Origin: a virus
Lineage: Duplodnaviria; Caudoviricetes
Length of the DNA stretch: 64,000 nucleotides
Reading direction: 5' to 3' (one strand)
Virus record (IMG/VR): IMGVR_UViG_3300021514_000002
Coordinates: 256,001-320,000 of that record
Shown here in pieces: positions 8,523 through 19,100 of the stretch; position 1 is the first letter of the stretch; each line of letters begins with the position of its first letter. The position numbers were made by a program, and so were the translations under genes. A model generated the notes under the pieces. It did no database searches. It saw nothing but the letters and a program-made list of their open reading frames with translations, and was not told the origin of the DNA.

Positions 8523-9434
8523 ATGAAATTTCTATTATTAGATATTAGCAATCTACTATATCGAGCGTTTTATGCAAATAAAAATGAAGACGATATTACA
8601 ATTGCTGGTCTGGCAATGCATTCAGCCCTCTTAACATTAAACAAATACTATAAAGCACATAAACCAGACAAAGTAATTATGGCGTTTGATCGTCCGAATT
8701 GGCGTAAGGGATATACCAAGTCCGATAAATGCGTATCTGGTAAATTGTATAAGGGTAATCGTCGTAAGGATATGACGCAAAAGGAACGTGAAAAATATCA
8801 AATATTCATGGATCACTTAAAAGAATTTGAAGTATTAATGCAAAAACATACTAGTGTTATATGTTTGGCAGCTGAAGGATTAGAAGCGGATGATTTAGTC
8901 GGTGGATTTTGTCAGATGCACGCCAACGAAGACAATCAAATTGTTGCTGTTAGTACAGATAAAGATTATATTCAAATTCTTGGGTTCCCTAATACCAAAC
9001 TTATTAATCCAGCGGACGATAAAGAACGTACATTAGATGAATGGAATGGTGATGCAGAATTATTCATGTTTGAAAAATGTATTCGCGGGGATGCTGGGGA
9101 TAATGTTCAATCAGCGTATCCGCGTGTTAGAAAAACAAGAATAATGAAAGCTTGGGAAGATCCATTAGAACGCGTCAATATGATGCACGAAACATGGACT
9201 AATCATGAAGGCAAAGAACTCATGGTTAAAAACGTGTTCAAAGAAAATGAAATATTAATGGATTTACGTAAACAGCCTGATAAGTATCGTGAGTTAATTA
9301 AAGATACAATAAAAAAGGAAATGGAAGATCCCGGTGAATATTCCTATTTCCATTTTTTAGGTTTCTTGGGAAAGTACGAGATGAAAAAAGTTGCAAGCCA
9401 AGCCGAAGTATTTGCTACCATGTTAAGTAGGTAG
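8523..9434 (+). CDS. rnh: RNase H / 5'-3' exonuclease (T4 rnh, FEN family)
   Basis: LLDISNLLYRAF, EGLEADDLVG, STDKDYIQ, RGDAGDNV motifs. Confidence 0.92.
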   Translation: MKFLLLDISNLLYRAFYANKNEDDITIAGLAMHSALLTLNKYYKAHKPDKVIMAFDRPNWRKGYTKSDKCVSGKLYKGNRRKDMTQKEREKYQIFMDHLKEFEVLMQKHTSVICLAAEGLEADDLVGGFCQMHANEDNQIVAVSTDKDYIQILGFPNTKLINPADDKERTLDEWNGDAELFMFEKCIRGDAGDNVQSAYPRVRKTRIMKAWEDPLERVNMMHETWTNHEGKELMVKNVFKENEILMDLRKQPDKYRELIKDTIKKEMEDPGEYSYFHFLGFLGKYEMKKVASQAEVFATMLSR

Positions 9435-9785
9435 CTATTCGCTACCTTTTGAGTTTTCTACATCCTGTTCGGGTTTCTTTTTCCATGAAGTAAACCCGTT
9501 CCAGTTCTTACCAGTCCCAACATATAAACCAAATACTGCTGCCGCAATCCCTACTACAGCTGTAACTACCGCGACATGTTGGTTGGTAGGTGCTTGTACG
9601 ATACAATCTGTCACTGTTGGCGATGAACACTTTTCCAAAATATATGGGGCAAGATCCATATACCACACAACAACCTTATAAAGCAAATAACAATATCCTG
9701 CTGCCAATGCACGAGGGATAATGCGCCAAGCATCTAAGCTTTCGGCCATTGCCAAATGAATCCGTCTAAATTTATCTATATCCAT
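9435..9785 (-). CDS. Two-transmembrane-helix membrane protein, holin candidate
   Basis: DAWRIIPR followed by two hydrophobic segments and a charged C-terminus; AGGAG RBS; late promoter GATAAATA upstream on the - strand. Confidence 0.55.
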   Translation of the reverse strand: MDIDKFRRIHLAMAESLDAWRIIPRALAAGYCYLLYKVVVWYMDLAPYILEKCSSPTVTDCIVQAPTNQHVAVVTAVVGIAAAVFGLYVGTGKNWNGFTSWKKKPEQDVENSKGSE

Positions 9786-9806
9786 AGTTACACTCCTTGT
9801 AATCTG

Positions 9807-9827
9807 TATAAATATTTATCATAAATA
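9807..9827. promoter_or_regulatory. Back-to-back late promoters
   Basis: TATAAATA (9807-9814, +), CATAAATA (9820-9827, +), GATAAATA (9813-9820, -); core palindrome ATAAATATTTAT. Confidence 0.65.
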
Positions 9828-9846
9828 TGTTAAAATAGGAGAAATT

Positions 9847-10161
9847 ATGACACTTGCAGTTGCTAGGATCGGCGATACGTTTACTGATACTGATGTTATT
9901 AAGGAGGGCAGTGGAAATGTTTTCGTCAACAATATCCCTGTCGCAAGATTGGGTGACCATACAACAGGACATACCTTGCCATTTCATACTTTTTATCCTT
10001 CTGTCCCAATTAATACTGGTTCGGGTTCTGTTTTTGTAAATAATATATCAATCGCTAGGCTTACTGATACGCATATAATACATTGCGATTCACCACATCC
10101 TAGTTCTGATTGTCATGATGGCGTAATTAATAGCGCATCAGGTAACGTTTTTTCGGGGTAA
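9847..10161 (+). CDS. PAAR-like baseplate spike tip (T4 gp5.4-like)
   Basis: VARIGD, GSGNVFVNNIPVARLGDH, GSGSVFVNNISIARLTD, His/Cys metal ligands. Confidence 0.9.
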   Translation: MTLAVARIGDTFTDTDVIKEGSGNVFVNNIPVARLGDHTTGHTLPFHTFYPSVPINTGSGSVFVNNISIARLTDTHIIHCDSPHPSSDCHDGVINSASGNVFSG

Positions 10162-10164
10162 TTT

Positions 10165-10944
10165 ATGAGTATTTGTGTTCCAAGACATATAGCGTGTGGG
10201 TGGTATGAACCTAATTTTATCGCAGGTAATGAATCCTGTGAATTGCAGATATTTACTGAAAGTAGATCAAGATTATTGGAGGGTGGTACATTTTTTCGCA
10301 GCATTGAAATTGGCCAACATACAGAGAATATACAAATTGGTTGTAAATGGCAAGTTGCCACAGGAGGAAGTCCTGCGTGGAGATATTATGGTGGTGGGGA
10401 TACACTAGCGGATGTTGGACAAGTTGAATTAACAATTACCAACGGCACCACAACTGAAATCTTTTTTGCTGCACAGCAGATAGTAGGTAGTCCTAATGGT
10501 AGTCCTATTATTTGGGTGAATGCAATTCCCAATCTTCGGGCGCAACTAATAGGTTCTCCTAGTGGTTCGCAGCTTGTCGACATGCCCGAGGATGACATCC
10601 AAACTATAATGGGTGGGAGTCCTACAACGTGGAAAGCTTCATTATATGACGCAGATTACATTGGTGAATTTTTATTGAGCAATTTGGTAGGTGGTTCAGG
10701 TGGACCAACGACTGAAACAGAATTGGATAAGATTCGTACTGGTTCAGTAATGACAATGTTGTACATCGATCAAAGCGAAAGTGATAACCCAGATGGTTCA
10801 TTATCCGATGTTAAAGAAACAAGATACTGGAATGGTGCTTGTTGGAAATATTATGACCCCATAGCCATAGCCCCCGACTGCGATGGTTTATCTTTATGTG
10901 GTTCACCATTAGGATCGCCTTTACCACTTCCAACCTGTCCGTAA
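10165..10944 (+). CDS. Hypothetical GSP-rich, Cys-containing protein, probably virion-associated
   Basis: Co-oriented directly after PAAR; 7 GSP tripeptides in 259 aa. Confidence 0.65.
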   Translation: MSICVPRHIACGWYEPNFIAGNESCELQIFTESRSRLLEGGTFFRSIEIGQHTENIQIGCKWQVATGGSPAWRYYGGGDTLADVGQVELTITNGTTTEIFFAAQQIVGSPNGSPIIWVNAIPNLRAQLIGSPSGSQLVDMPEDDIQTIMGGSPTTWKASLYDADYIGEFLLSNLVGGSGGPTTETELDKIRTGSVMTMLYIDQSESDNPDGSLSDVKETRYWNGACWKYYDPIAIAPDCDGLSLCGSPLGSPLPLPTCP

Positions 10945-11025
10945 TTTTGATTGGTAACTCTCTAAATTTTAATGGTAAATAATAATAGAAATTTTGTTTA
11001 CAATATGAATTAAGGAGATAATAAT

Positions 11026-11517
11026 ATGGCTATAACAAAAAGAGCAGGTGGACATCAGCATGTTTACTGGATGGATTTAAAAGGAAATGGCGTATTAACA
11101 GAATGTGCTGTTTTTAAAGAAGATGGATTTGGTAACATATTCTATCTTGAAATTCCAACCTTGGATGGAATTGATAAAAATCGTTTATTGCGCATCATTT
11201 CTAACCGCAATGCGTCAAACTTTGAACTATGGGATTTAATGAGTCAAATAACACTTAACAATGGTCTTAATGCTCTTGAGTATTTCCATCAATTAGTTAA
11301 AGTTATTACACCAGATGGTGTTGTTATGAATCCTAAATCTGGTATTGTTGGTACCGGTTCTGTTGATACTACATCAGCGACCCAGATGGCTTCCATTGCA
11401 TTAAACAATGCACCAGTTGAAAGTGTATCGGAAAGTGTAGCACTTACCCCTGCCCAGAAACGAGCAGCCACTATAGCAGCCAAAAAAGAGTTGCAAAAGG
11501 AAGCAGCAGCTAAATAA
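11026..11517 (+). CDS. Hypothetical protein with Ala/Lys-rich tail
   Basis: AAGGAG RBS; globular N-terminal domain; followed by a terminator. Confidence 0.75.
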   Translation: MAITKRAGGHQHVYWMDLKGNGVLTECAVFKEDGFGNIFYLEIPTLDGIDKNRLLRIISNRNASNFELWDLMSQITLNNGLNALEYFHQLVKVITPDGVVMNPKSGIVGTGSVDTTSATQMASIALNNAPVESVSESVALTPAQKRAATIAAKKELQKEAAAK

Positions 11518-11532
11518 TATAGTGATATATTA

Positions 11533-11570
11533 AAACATAAAAAACCCGCTTTCGCGGGTTTTTTATGTTT
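11533..11570. terminator. Bidirectional intrinsic terminator
   Basis: 17-bp perfect inverted repeat AAACATAAAAAACCCGC-TTTC-GCGGGTTTTTTATGTTT between convergent genes. Confidence 0.92.
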
Positions 11571-11582
11571 ATTATTTTCTTA

Positions 11583-12770
11583 TTACGTTTGTGTTCTTGC
11601 TACGGAAATTGTAAGCGTATAGGTAATCGTAAGAGTCCTATTTGCCGCTTTCAATACTGGCGCAAAAATTAAATGGGTAAGAAGTCTTTCTTGTTCTGTT
11701 GCGGGCGTTATTGCATTATTCTGCACGCCTTTATCTGAACCATCTATTGCTGGTGTTACTATTACGCCCGGTAAATTCGCAAAAAGGTCACTTGCGGGTG
11801 GTGAACCAGCACCACCTAAACCAAGACTAATTGAAGATGTTGCTCCAGAAGTACCACTTGTAAATCTCACAAATCCATATGTTTGTAATCCTTCAATTGA
11901 TGGATATGTTCCAAATGTAGTATCCGTGATAGAAATAGTTGCACCACCCGGCAACGGTGCTGACACAAGCCATGCAATACCTGCAGCAGTTGTTGCATTA
12001 TTTAACGCTTCACATAATTCACCATAGGTAGGATTGTCTGCAGGTGGTGTTAAATAAATAACAGTTTCTGAACCACCATCAACGGTAATTCTGAAATTAT
12101 ATTCCGTCCCACCAACTAAAACAGTTTGATCCGTTGAAGATTTATCACTAACATCAACATCCTGAACACCAGCCGAAGCTGCGGCAGGTTTGCCTGTTGT
12201 AAAAAGCCCAAGTTCATCAAACGTAAAAGTACTATTAATATTATTTGGGGTTTGGTCATTCTCTAATTGCCCTGCGGGTTCAGTCGGGTTAAGCACTGCA
12301 ACAACCACGACTTCCGAAGTTAAACCAAGTTCTCTGCTGCGAGTGCCCGGTCCTGAAACATGTTCGACAGTAGCAGGATCACTGGAAGGATCACCACCGC
12401 CGCCGACTCGTGTTCCAACACTTGGACCTGCTGAACCAGGATCTGTTCCTAGTAAAGAAGAATTAGAATCATCTATTACTTCTGAATACGTTTCATTGTA
12501 TAGGCGAGATTCCCATGTTTGTGTATCTGGTGGCTGGCCATCATTTGGGGTTTTAAATGTGATGGTAAACGCCGCATCGATTTCTGTACCGCCGTTACCA
12601 AACGCTATCCTATGAATAAGATAATTATTTTCATTAGAAAGGGCTCTAGCAATGATCCGTGCCATGTTTTGCGGATGTACTGCGTTCCATTTATCTACAT
12701 ATACTTCGCCAAGGTCATCTTCGATCTTAACATGTCCATCTATTTCAAATGGTGAATTCGTTGAATACAT
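11583..12770 (-). CDS. Baseplate/tail structural protein
   Basis: RIAFGNGGT, FTFDELGLF, LLTHLIFAPVLKAANRTLTITYTL motifs typical of myophage baseplate/tail-collar proteins; late promoter CATAAATA at 12796-12803 (-). Confidence 0.7.
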   Translation of the reverse strand: MYSTNSPFEIDGHVKIEDDLGEVYVDKWNAVHPQNMARIIARALSNENNYLIHRIAFGNGGTEIDAAFTITFKTPNDGQPPDTQTWESRLYNETYSEVIDDSNSSLLGTDPGSAGPSVGTRVGGGGDPSSDPATVEHVSGPGTRSRELGLTSEVVVVAVLNPTEPAGQLENDQTPNNINSTFTFDELGLFTTGKPAAASAGVQDVDVSDKSSTDQTVLVGGTEYNFRITVDGGSETVIYLTPPADNPTYGELCEALNNATTAAGIAWLVSAPLPGGATISITDTTFGTYPSIEGLQTYGFVRFTSGTSGATSSISLGLGGAGSPPASDLFANLPGVIVTPAIDGSDKGVQNNAITPATEQERLLTHLIFAPVLKAANRTLTITYTLTISVARTQT

Positions 12771-12806
12771 TAATTTAACTCCTGTTTATTCCCTGTATTT
12801 ATGTAA

Positions 12807-13067
12807 TTAGTTGTTACGATTAAACGACACATTGGTGTTATCTCTGGTCATTCGTCTAACGCTCGTAGTTAACTGTTTAATCATATTGTTAAATGCTACA
12901 GGTTCTACCAGACATTTTCCAAGATCGTATTGGCTAATAAAGCCATCATCTATATTAGTGAATACAAATGTACCCTTATTACCTACAACTTCTATATTTA
13001 TTAATTCAACATCTGTTAGGCGTAAAGTAGCTGCCAAAATAATGTCTGACGTTCTAAACGATTCCAT
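12807..13067 (-). CDS. Small DUF5659-like protein
   Basis: FRTSDIILAATL...KGTFVF...VEPVAFNNMIKQL pattern; AAGGA RBS. Confidence 0.55.
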   Translation of the reverse strand: MESFRTSDIILAATLRLTDVELINIEVVGNKGTFVFTNIDDGFISQYDLGKCLVEPVAFNNMIKQLTTSVRRMTRDNTNVSFNRNN

Positions 13068-13109
13068 CTTATTTCCTTTTTATATCATTTATATTATTTA
13101 TATTAACTA

Positions 13110-16100
13110 TCATAAAGACTCTACCCAACCACCCGTATTACCTGTATTTGGTATAGTTTCAATAGTAGTTATTGTAGTATTTCTACCATCATACGTCGGT
13201 GTTACCGAAACAGTATAAATCCCATCGTTATTTATTTCCGGCGAGCCAAATATAGGCGAGCCGCCCGCATTAGTAGAATGTGATATTCTAATGCTATCAC
13301 TCGGTGAGCCGCCAGTAATATCCCCAGTAGCATCGCCCAGTACGACAATTGTATTTGCCGTAGTACCGACAATTAAATATTGGAACCATTGTTGGTATAG
13401 GGCTTTGCCGCTTTCTGTAAGTGGTGAACCACCGAAAATGCCGGTATTGAGGAGGATTTCTGCCACTGTTAATATTACATGGCTATTTGGTGAACCATAC
13501 TGCGTAGCGTCTAATATTGTATAAATTCCATCATTGTTTGGGGAACCTATAGAGTTCGTTATTTCGATTACTGTATCGGCCAATGTGGGTGGTGAACCAG
13601 TCTGCGGTTTAAAAATATTAAACACATCACCAGAAGCGGTATCTGGAATGTATATCCTATTCACTAATGGTGAACCTATTGATTCCGTCCCATCAATGTG
13701 AAACTTATACCCTTTTAACATATCAAAGGTTTCAGCAATGGCCGCGTTTGTATCAAATGCACCAATGAATGTATTACTAGGATCAGCAGTACTGTCGAAA
13801 ACACGGGCTTCAATAAAATCATCTATACGAAGTCTTGGACTTAATATTTCAAAAGAAGTAGTAGATAATATATTAACACTCGCAGGCGCGCTATTTACAT
13901 AAACTTCCAACATTAGGGGGTTCGGAAGTATAGGCGAGCCAACTAGTGGAATCGTTAATGTAGTTAAATTGAATACTGTTTCCGCTACAAATATACTCGA
14001 TTCTGTCGCAAAAAACGTTTCAATTCCAATTCGTTCTCTAGACGAGTTTCCTGTAAGAAGATCATTATAACCAGGAATTTTAGTATATTCCAAAACCCAG
14101 CCAGTATCGAGATTGTTTCCAATTGTTGGCGATGGATATTCTGGAACCGAATTATCATAATATTGATATATCATTCTATAATACATATATCCTGTATCAG
14201 TATCAACCCAATGTGCTGTGTTGCGCGGGATTTCTACCCAACCTTCCGACGGCGAACCTGTAAGTAAAAAACTATATTGTTTTAAAATACCGGGGGCTGA
14301 CAATACATCATCATTCGGTGAAGTATCAAACCACATGGTATCTTCTACGGGTGATATTGGTGCGGTATCTGATACCGTTACAGTTGGTTCACTACCACTT
14401 GTAAAAATTGTGGATGGTGGAAGATCAAACCCAGCATGGGAATCTTCTATACCATGTGCTATAATATCATCAGAAGCCCATACACCAATATTGTCAATAT
14501 ATAACCTATCTTTAATTCCAATCTTTATGAGTGTTTCAGGTACGACTTCACACAATTCTGGTGTTTGTCCGAAACCAGGCGATAAATATGTTAGCACGCC
14601 TTTTACAAATTCGTGGAGTTCACCTGTAGTATCCGTATCGTCATATGCCTCAGCAACTGCAATTGTTGTGCTGTTTGTACTAGAGCAATATATTGAGTCT
14701 GTTGCAGTATATGAACCATCATTTCTAATAGAAGATGTAACATTAAATTGCGTACCTTGTTTAAATATTGTTTGTACGTTTCCTTCAACAATAAAACCAT
14801 TTAATAATGGACTACCACAAGCAGAGGCACCATTGCCAATAATTAATCTACCACGTACGTGGCCTATAATATCTTCGTGTACGCGAATGTGAGTTTCATT
14901 ATTTGTAAATGTTGAATATAATGTTGTATAATTGCCGACTTTGCTTCCTGTAATTACTTTTATTCTGACGCCTTGTTTAAAGAAACTAATATAATTACCA
15001 TCGACGATAAACACATTTGATGGTATTTTTAATTTTACGAAACCATCAACAGAGGAATCGTGAATACTACCTACACCAAATGTAGTGATGGGATATTCTG
15101 GTGAACCTAAAACACCATGGGCGATGGATTTTATTATATAAGTCGTATTGTTATCTGTTGATTTAACAACAGAAATCTCATCACCTACAAAAATATTACT
15201 ATTTTCATAATTTCCTTCTACTACAAAATATGTTGGCGAGCCCTGTGAAAGTCCTACAATAGTAGCATATGCGACACCTTCATTTGGTGTCTGTAATAAA
15301 GTGGCAGGCGATGTTGAATTGTAATATCGCAATGCGTTACTATATGATAATATCTTTTTGTATTCAATTGCGACAATAGAAATCAACGATACATATCGTT
15401 GATTCTCCGTAATATTTGCTACAACAGGTGGGACTAAAACCATTCCTGTAATAAACACGGTAGTATAAGCACGGACAGAATTAGTGCCTTTGGTAAATAC
15501 CGAACTAACGATCAACACAGATCCATTATTATTAACATCTACGGTTTTTATAAATCCACTAACATCATCAGAATTTACAATTTGGCCGTCTACTTCTAAC
15601 GTTGTTGATGGAATCGGTGACCCAACATTAGGCGTGACTGCGGTAATTTTATATCCAGTATCATTATATAATGATCCTGAAACGGTAAAAATATCATTTA
15701 CACTATATTGTGCAGTTTTATCACCTAACACTGTAAATAATCCACCTGTAACAGGCGAGCCTGAACTTGCTGTCACATCAATTATTCTATCTTCAATAAA
15801 GCTCGTTATTTTAAATGTAAGATTAGAGGATGGTGTAAATAACGCACGTTGATCGCCAAGAACAATAAAAGAATTACTAGTAATTGCAGGAAATTCAGGA
15901 ACTGTTTTTGACGGATCAGGTGATAATATAGCTATAACATCTGGATCGTCATATGGCAATGAGCCAAATCCACCATCAGAACATCCAAGTTTATTAATAT
16001 CATATAGGTACTCCATTTCAATATCGAGTAAATAGTTTTCTAATAAAGTAACATCAACCAATTCTTGACTGACGTATTCAACCAAAGACTCAATCACTTT

Positions 16101-16178
16101 AGTATGATATGGTTTTATATCATTTACGTAATCTACGAGTCCTTGGACTGGATCTAAACCTTTAATATTACTTGCCAT
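13110..16178 (-). CDS. Baseplate/tail structural protein with about 7 repeated beta modules, GSP-rich
   Basis: N-terminal DYVNDIKPYHTKV; repeated F.V.G[DN]...F..G....V..S..NDG.Y.[IV] modules; 15 GSP. Confidence 0.75.
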   Translation of the reverse strand: MASNIKGLDPVQGLVDYVNDIKPYHTKVIESLVEYVSQELVDVTLLENYLLDIEMEYLYDINKLGCSDGGFGSLPYDDPDVIAILSPDPSKTVPEFPAITSNSFIVLGDQRALFTPSSNLTFKITSFIEDRIIDVTASSGSPVTGGLFTVLGDKTAQYSVNDIFTVSGSLYNDTGYKITAVTPNVGSPIPSTTLEVDGQIVNSDDVSGFIKTVDVNNNGSVLIVSSVFTKGTNSVRAYTTVFITGMVLVPPVVANITENQRYVSLISIVAIEYKKILSYSNALRYYNSTSPATLLQTPNEGVAYATIVGLSQGSPTYFVVEGNYENSNIFVGDEISVVKSTDNNTTYIIKSIAHGVLGSPEYPITTFGVGSIHDSSVDGFVKLKIPSNVFIVDGNYISFFKQGVRIKVITGSKVGNYTTLYSTFTNNETHIRVHEDIIGHVRGRLIIGNGASACGSPLLNGFIVEGNVQTIFKQGTQFNVTSSIRNDGSYTATDSIYCSSTNSTTIAVAEAYDDTDTTGELHEFVKGVLTYLSPGFGQTPELCEVVPETLIKIGIKDRLYIDNIGVWASDDIIAHGIEDSHAGFDLPPSTIFTSGSEPTVTVSDTAPISPVEDTMWFDTSPNDDVLSAPGILKQYSFLLTGSPSEGWVEIPRNTAHWVDTDTGYMYYRMIYQYYDNSVPEYPSPTIGNNLDTGWVLEYTKIPGYNDLLTGNSSRERIGIETFFATESSIFVAETVFNLTTLTIPLVGSPILPNPLMLEVYVNSAPASVNILSTTSFEILSPRLRIDDFIEARVFDSTADPSNTFIGAFDTNAAIAETFDMLKGYKFHIDGTESIGSPLVNRIYIPDTASGDVFNIFKPQTGSPPTLADTVIEITNSIGSPNNDGIYTILDATQYGSPNSHVILTVAEILLNTGIFGGSPLTESGKALYQQWFQYLIVGTTANTIVVLGDATGDITGGSPSDSIRISHSTNAGGSPIFGSPEINNDGIYTVSVTPTYDGRNTTITTIETIPNTGNTGGWVESL

Positions 16179-16195
16179 TCTATATTGCCTTATAG

Positions 16196-19100
16196 TTAAT
16201 CATCGAAAATGCCACTAGTTTGAAAAGGTCTGATTCCGTGAAGCGATATCATTGACGTTTTAAATATTTCAACATATTTTGACTTTGTGGTAAATGCGTC
16301 TTTTAATACAGAAAAATACATTCTATTTACGTTCGTAAACGTAAACGTGTTATATATTTCATCCATTGCTTTAATTATATTGTCTGTCGTGTTGAAATTA
16401 TTATTTTCAAAGAAAATATCAATATCAATTGGAGTAAAATCAATATTAGGATCAACAAGATAACTAACGATAGTATTTAGTGCTAAGTTACCATTCACAA
16501 ATGACTGTCCAATATCTAAACCATATTGTGTGTCTGTGTCATATTTTTCATCATATAATTCGCGTTCATATGAAGGGACACGAACAGACGGATCTGTTAA
16601 TTTATATCCAACTATAGATTCTGTTATTTTATCCCACTGCCATCTATCTATATTAAACTGTTGTTCTTGTCTAAATATCTTCCATTCTTCATGTAAGTTT
16701 TTTAAACCAAGGTTGCTAACATTTTCATTCTCAACATCTAATGTATCACGCAATGTAAAGTTTCTAGAAAATCTAACAGTATAGCGGTTGTCTGCATTAA
16801 CAATTCCCTGTAGACCACGAATAACCGTCTGTGTAAAGCGGGTTGGTACATCTACACCTTTATTATCTATGCCAGTATATGTAATCGTAATATCGTTGAG
16901 TGGGCTACCTGTAGCTACAAAAGAACTCGGGCTACCTACCTCAGACGTAAATGGTGGCTCATGAAGTCTTACAAATGTTTGTAGGGGTGAGCCGGTATTA
17001 TAAACATCATATTCCGTTGATGGGATATTCACCCCATTGACTTCTACTATAATATCATTTTCAAAGTCAGGTGATATCAATAATGTTAGCGCGAAAGCAT
17101 CTGGTGAACCCGAATGTGCAAAAAATTCCGTACGTAATACGTTTATATTATCCGTTGGTATTGTTGCTGCTGGTTTCACTTCTTGGAAGAACATATGAGC
17201 AGTTGGAATACTTACTAATTGATGTTGTGTTTCTAAGATCGACATAGTTCTATTTTTACCAGATGGTTTAGTTCCTTTATTTCCTACCCAGAAGTAGTAC
17301 TTATATGTAATATTTCCCAATTTATCATAATATGGAACCTGTGTATATTCATATTCTTGACGATGTGTTTCTGGAGAGCCTGCTAATAATAAATCAATTC
17401 CTGTTTGTGATTTTGGAACTAATTGTACAAATCTTACAATATCCGCCACGTTTGCGGCAACAATCGTACTAGAAGTTAATGGACTTCCAATTGGTGAAGT
17501 AAGAGGCATGTTCTCTACGAGAAGTGAGCCATTGACGTATACGTTCACTAAGTATTGAAGAGGTGAGGCAGACTGTACAAATTGTGACACAGGAACATCG
17601 AAAGTAAATGTTCCATCTAAATTATCAATCCCATCTGTTGCTGCGTATAATTCTTCGAACTTATTAACTGATTGTATCCAATCAACTCCATCTTTTTCAA
17701 GTAATACCTTCCGTGCAATACCTGCCTTACGAAGATGTTCAACAATTGTTTTATCACCTTCTTCTTTCGCAGCTAATGCATCCCATTCTGATGGTGGTAC
17801 GTCGGATTCTACCCATTCAAAGATTTCAATATCAGCCCAGTCAGTAAGTTGTCCCCAATTACGGAAACGTTCTGTGGTATCTGTAAAAACTTCCTTACTG
17901 TAATACGGAAGGTAATCTTGGTTTTTTGTGTTTAACCATGTAGTTCCCACGAACGATTCTTTCCAGATTATAGTATTCGTAATTGTTTTTGATGTATTAC
18001 CATAAAGTGCAGGATCATTATCATTTTGCAAATCTACATTATGTATCGCATTACTGTAGTGAATGCCACGCGCTGGATCCCAATATTGTATAGGCGAAAT
18101 ATGTGTTGCTGATTTTCTATCAATTATTCTTGCAGGATCTTGAGCATCATTGTTAAATACCATACCCCAAATAGTAACATCATCAGTTAAAGACATCGTA
18201 GGTGAGCCACTGAATAACATTTCAATTATATTATTATTAATAATCCTATAATGAATTCCTTCCTTAAGGGTTTCTGTTGTTTGTGTAGCACTTACATATT
18301 GGGTGAGTTCAATCGCATCTGCATCCAAATCATGTCTAATATAATTAAGCATAGGCGAACCAGAAATACTAGCAACCATTTTATTCTTTACTTTCAGCGC
18401 AAAGTACAAGATCTTACCATTGTTACGCAGTACACGTGACTGATCCGGTTGGTTGTACCAACGATCAGTATTTGCCATTTTTATCGGCGTGAATGTATCT
18501 TCAACAATAGAATCGTCGTCTTCGTTGCTAATAAATTCTAAACGAAGTTCATTAGATCTCGCATCCACAGTAGTAACGTACATTTCAGGAAATTCTTTCT
18601 CGGCAATAGAACCAAAGCTGCCAAGTTTAATTGCCCAAAAATCATCAATCTTCGCATCAATAAATCTTCGCGAATTAATAAATGCATTAACCGCGTTTAT
18701 GGAACCTTTACTTTGGATTTGACCTCTCCAAAATAAGAACTGTGATTTTTGTGATAAATTCAAATTAGATAGATATTCTACTGGTCCGTCATAGCCTAAC
18801 GTTTTACGTGAATATTGCGTCATTAAATTACTTTCAAGAGTGTTATGCGTATCATAAGCATTTCTTAAATTTTCGACTCCGGCTTCAATATTTTCTTTAA
18901 TATTTGCGCCTTGATTAAAGAACGTTTCGAGGTAATAACCACCAACATTTGGTCGTTGCGTAAACTCTGGCTGTCTATTAAATAACATTTCATATTTAGT
19001 TACATTTAATCCGATAAATGGATCGTATAATAGATTTCCATCTGATGTATAATTGCTTAATATCATAGCATGTTCATAGGCATCAACAAATAGGTGTAAT

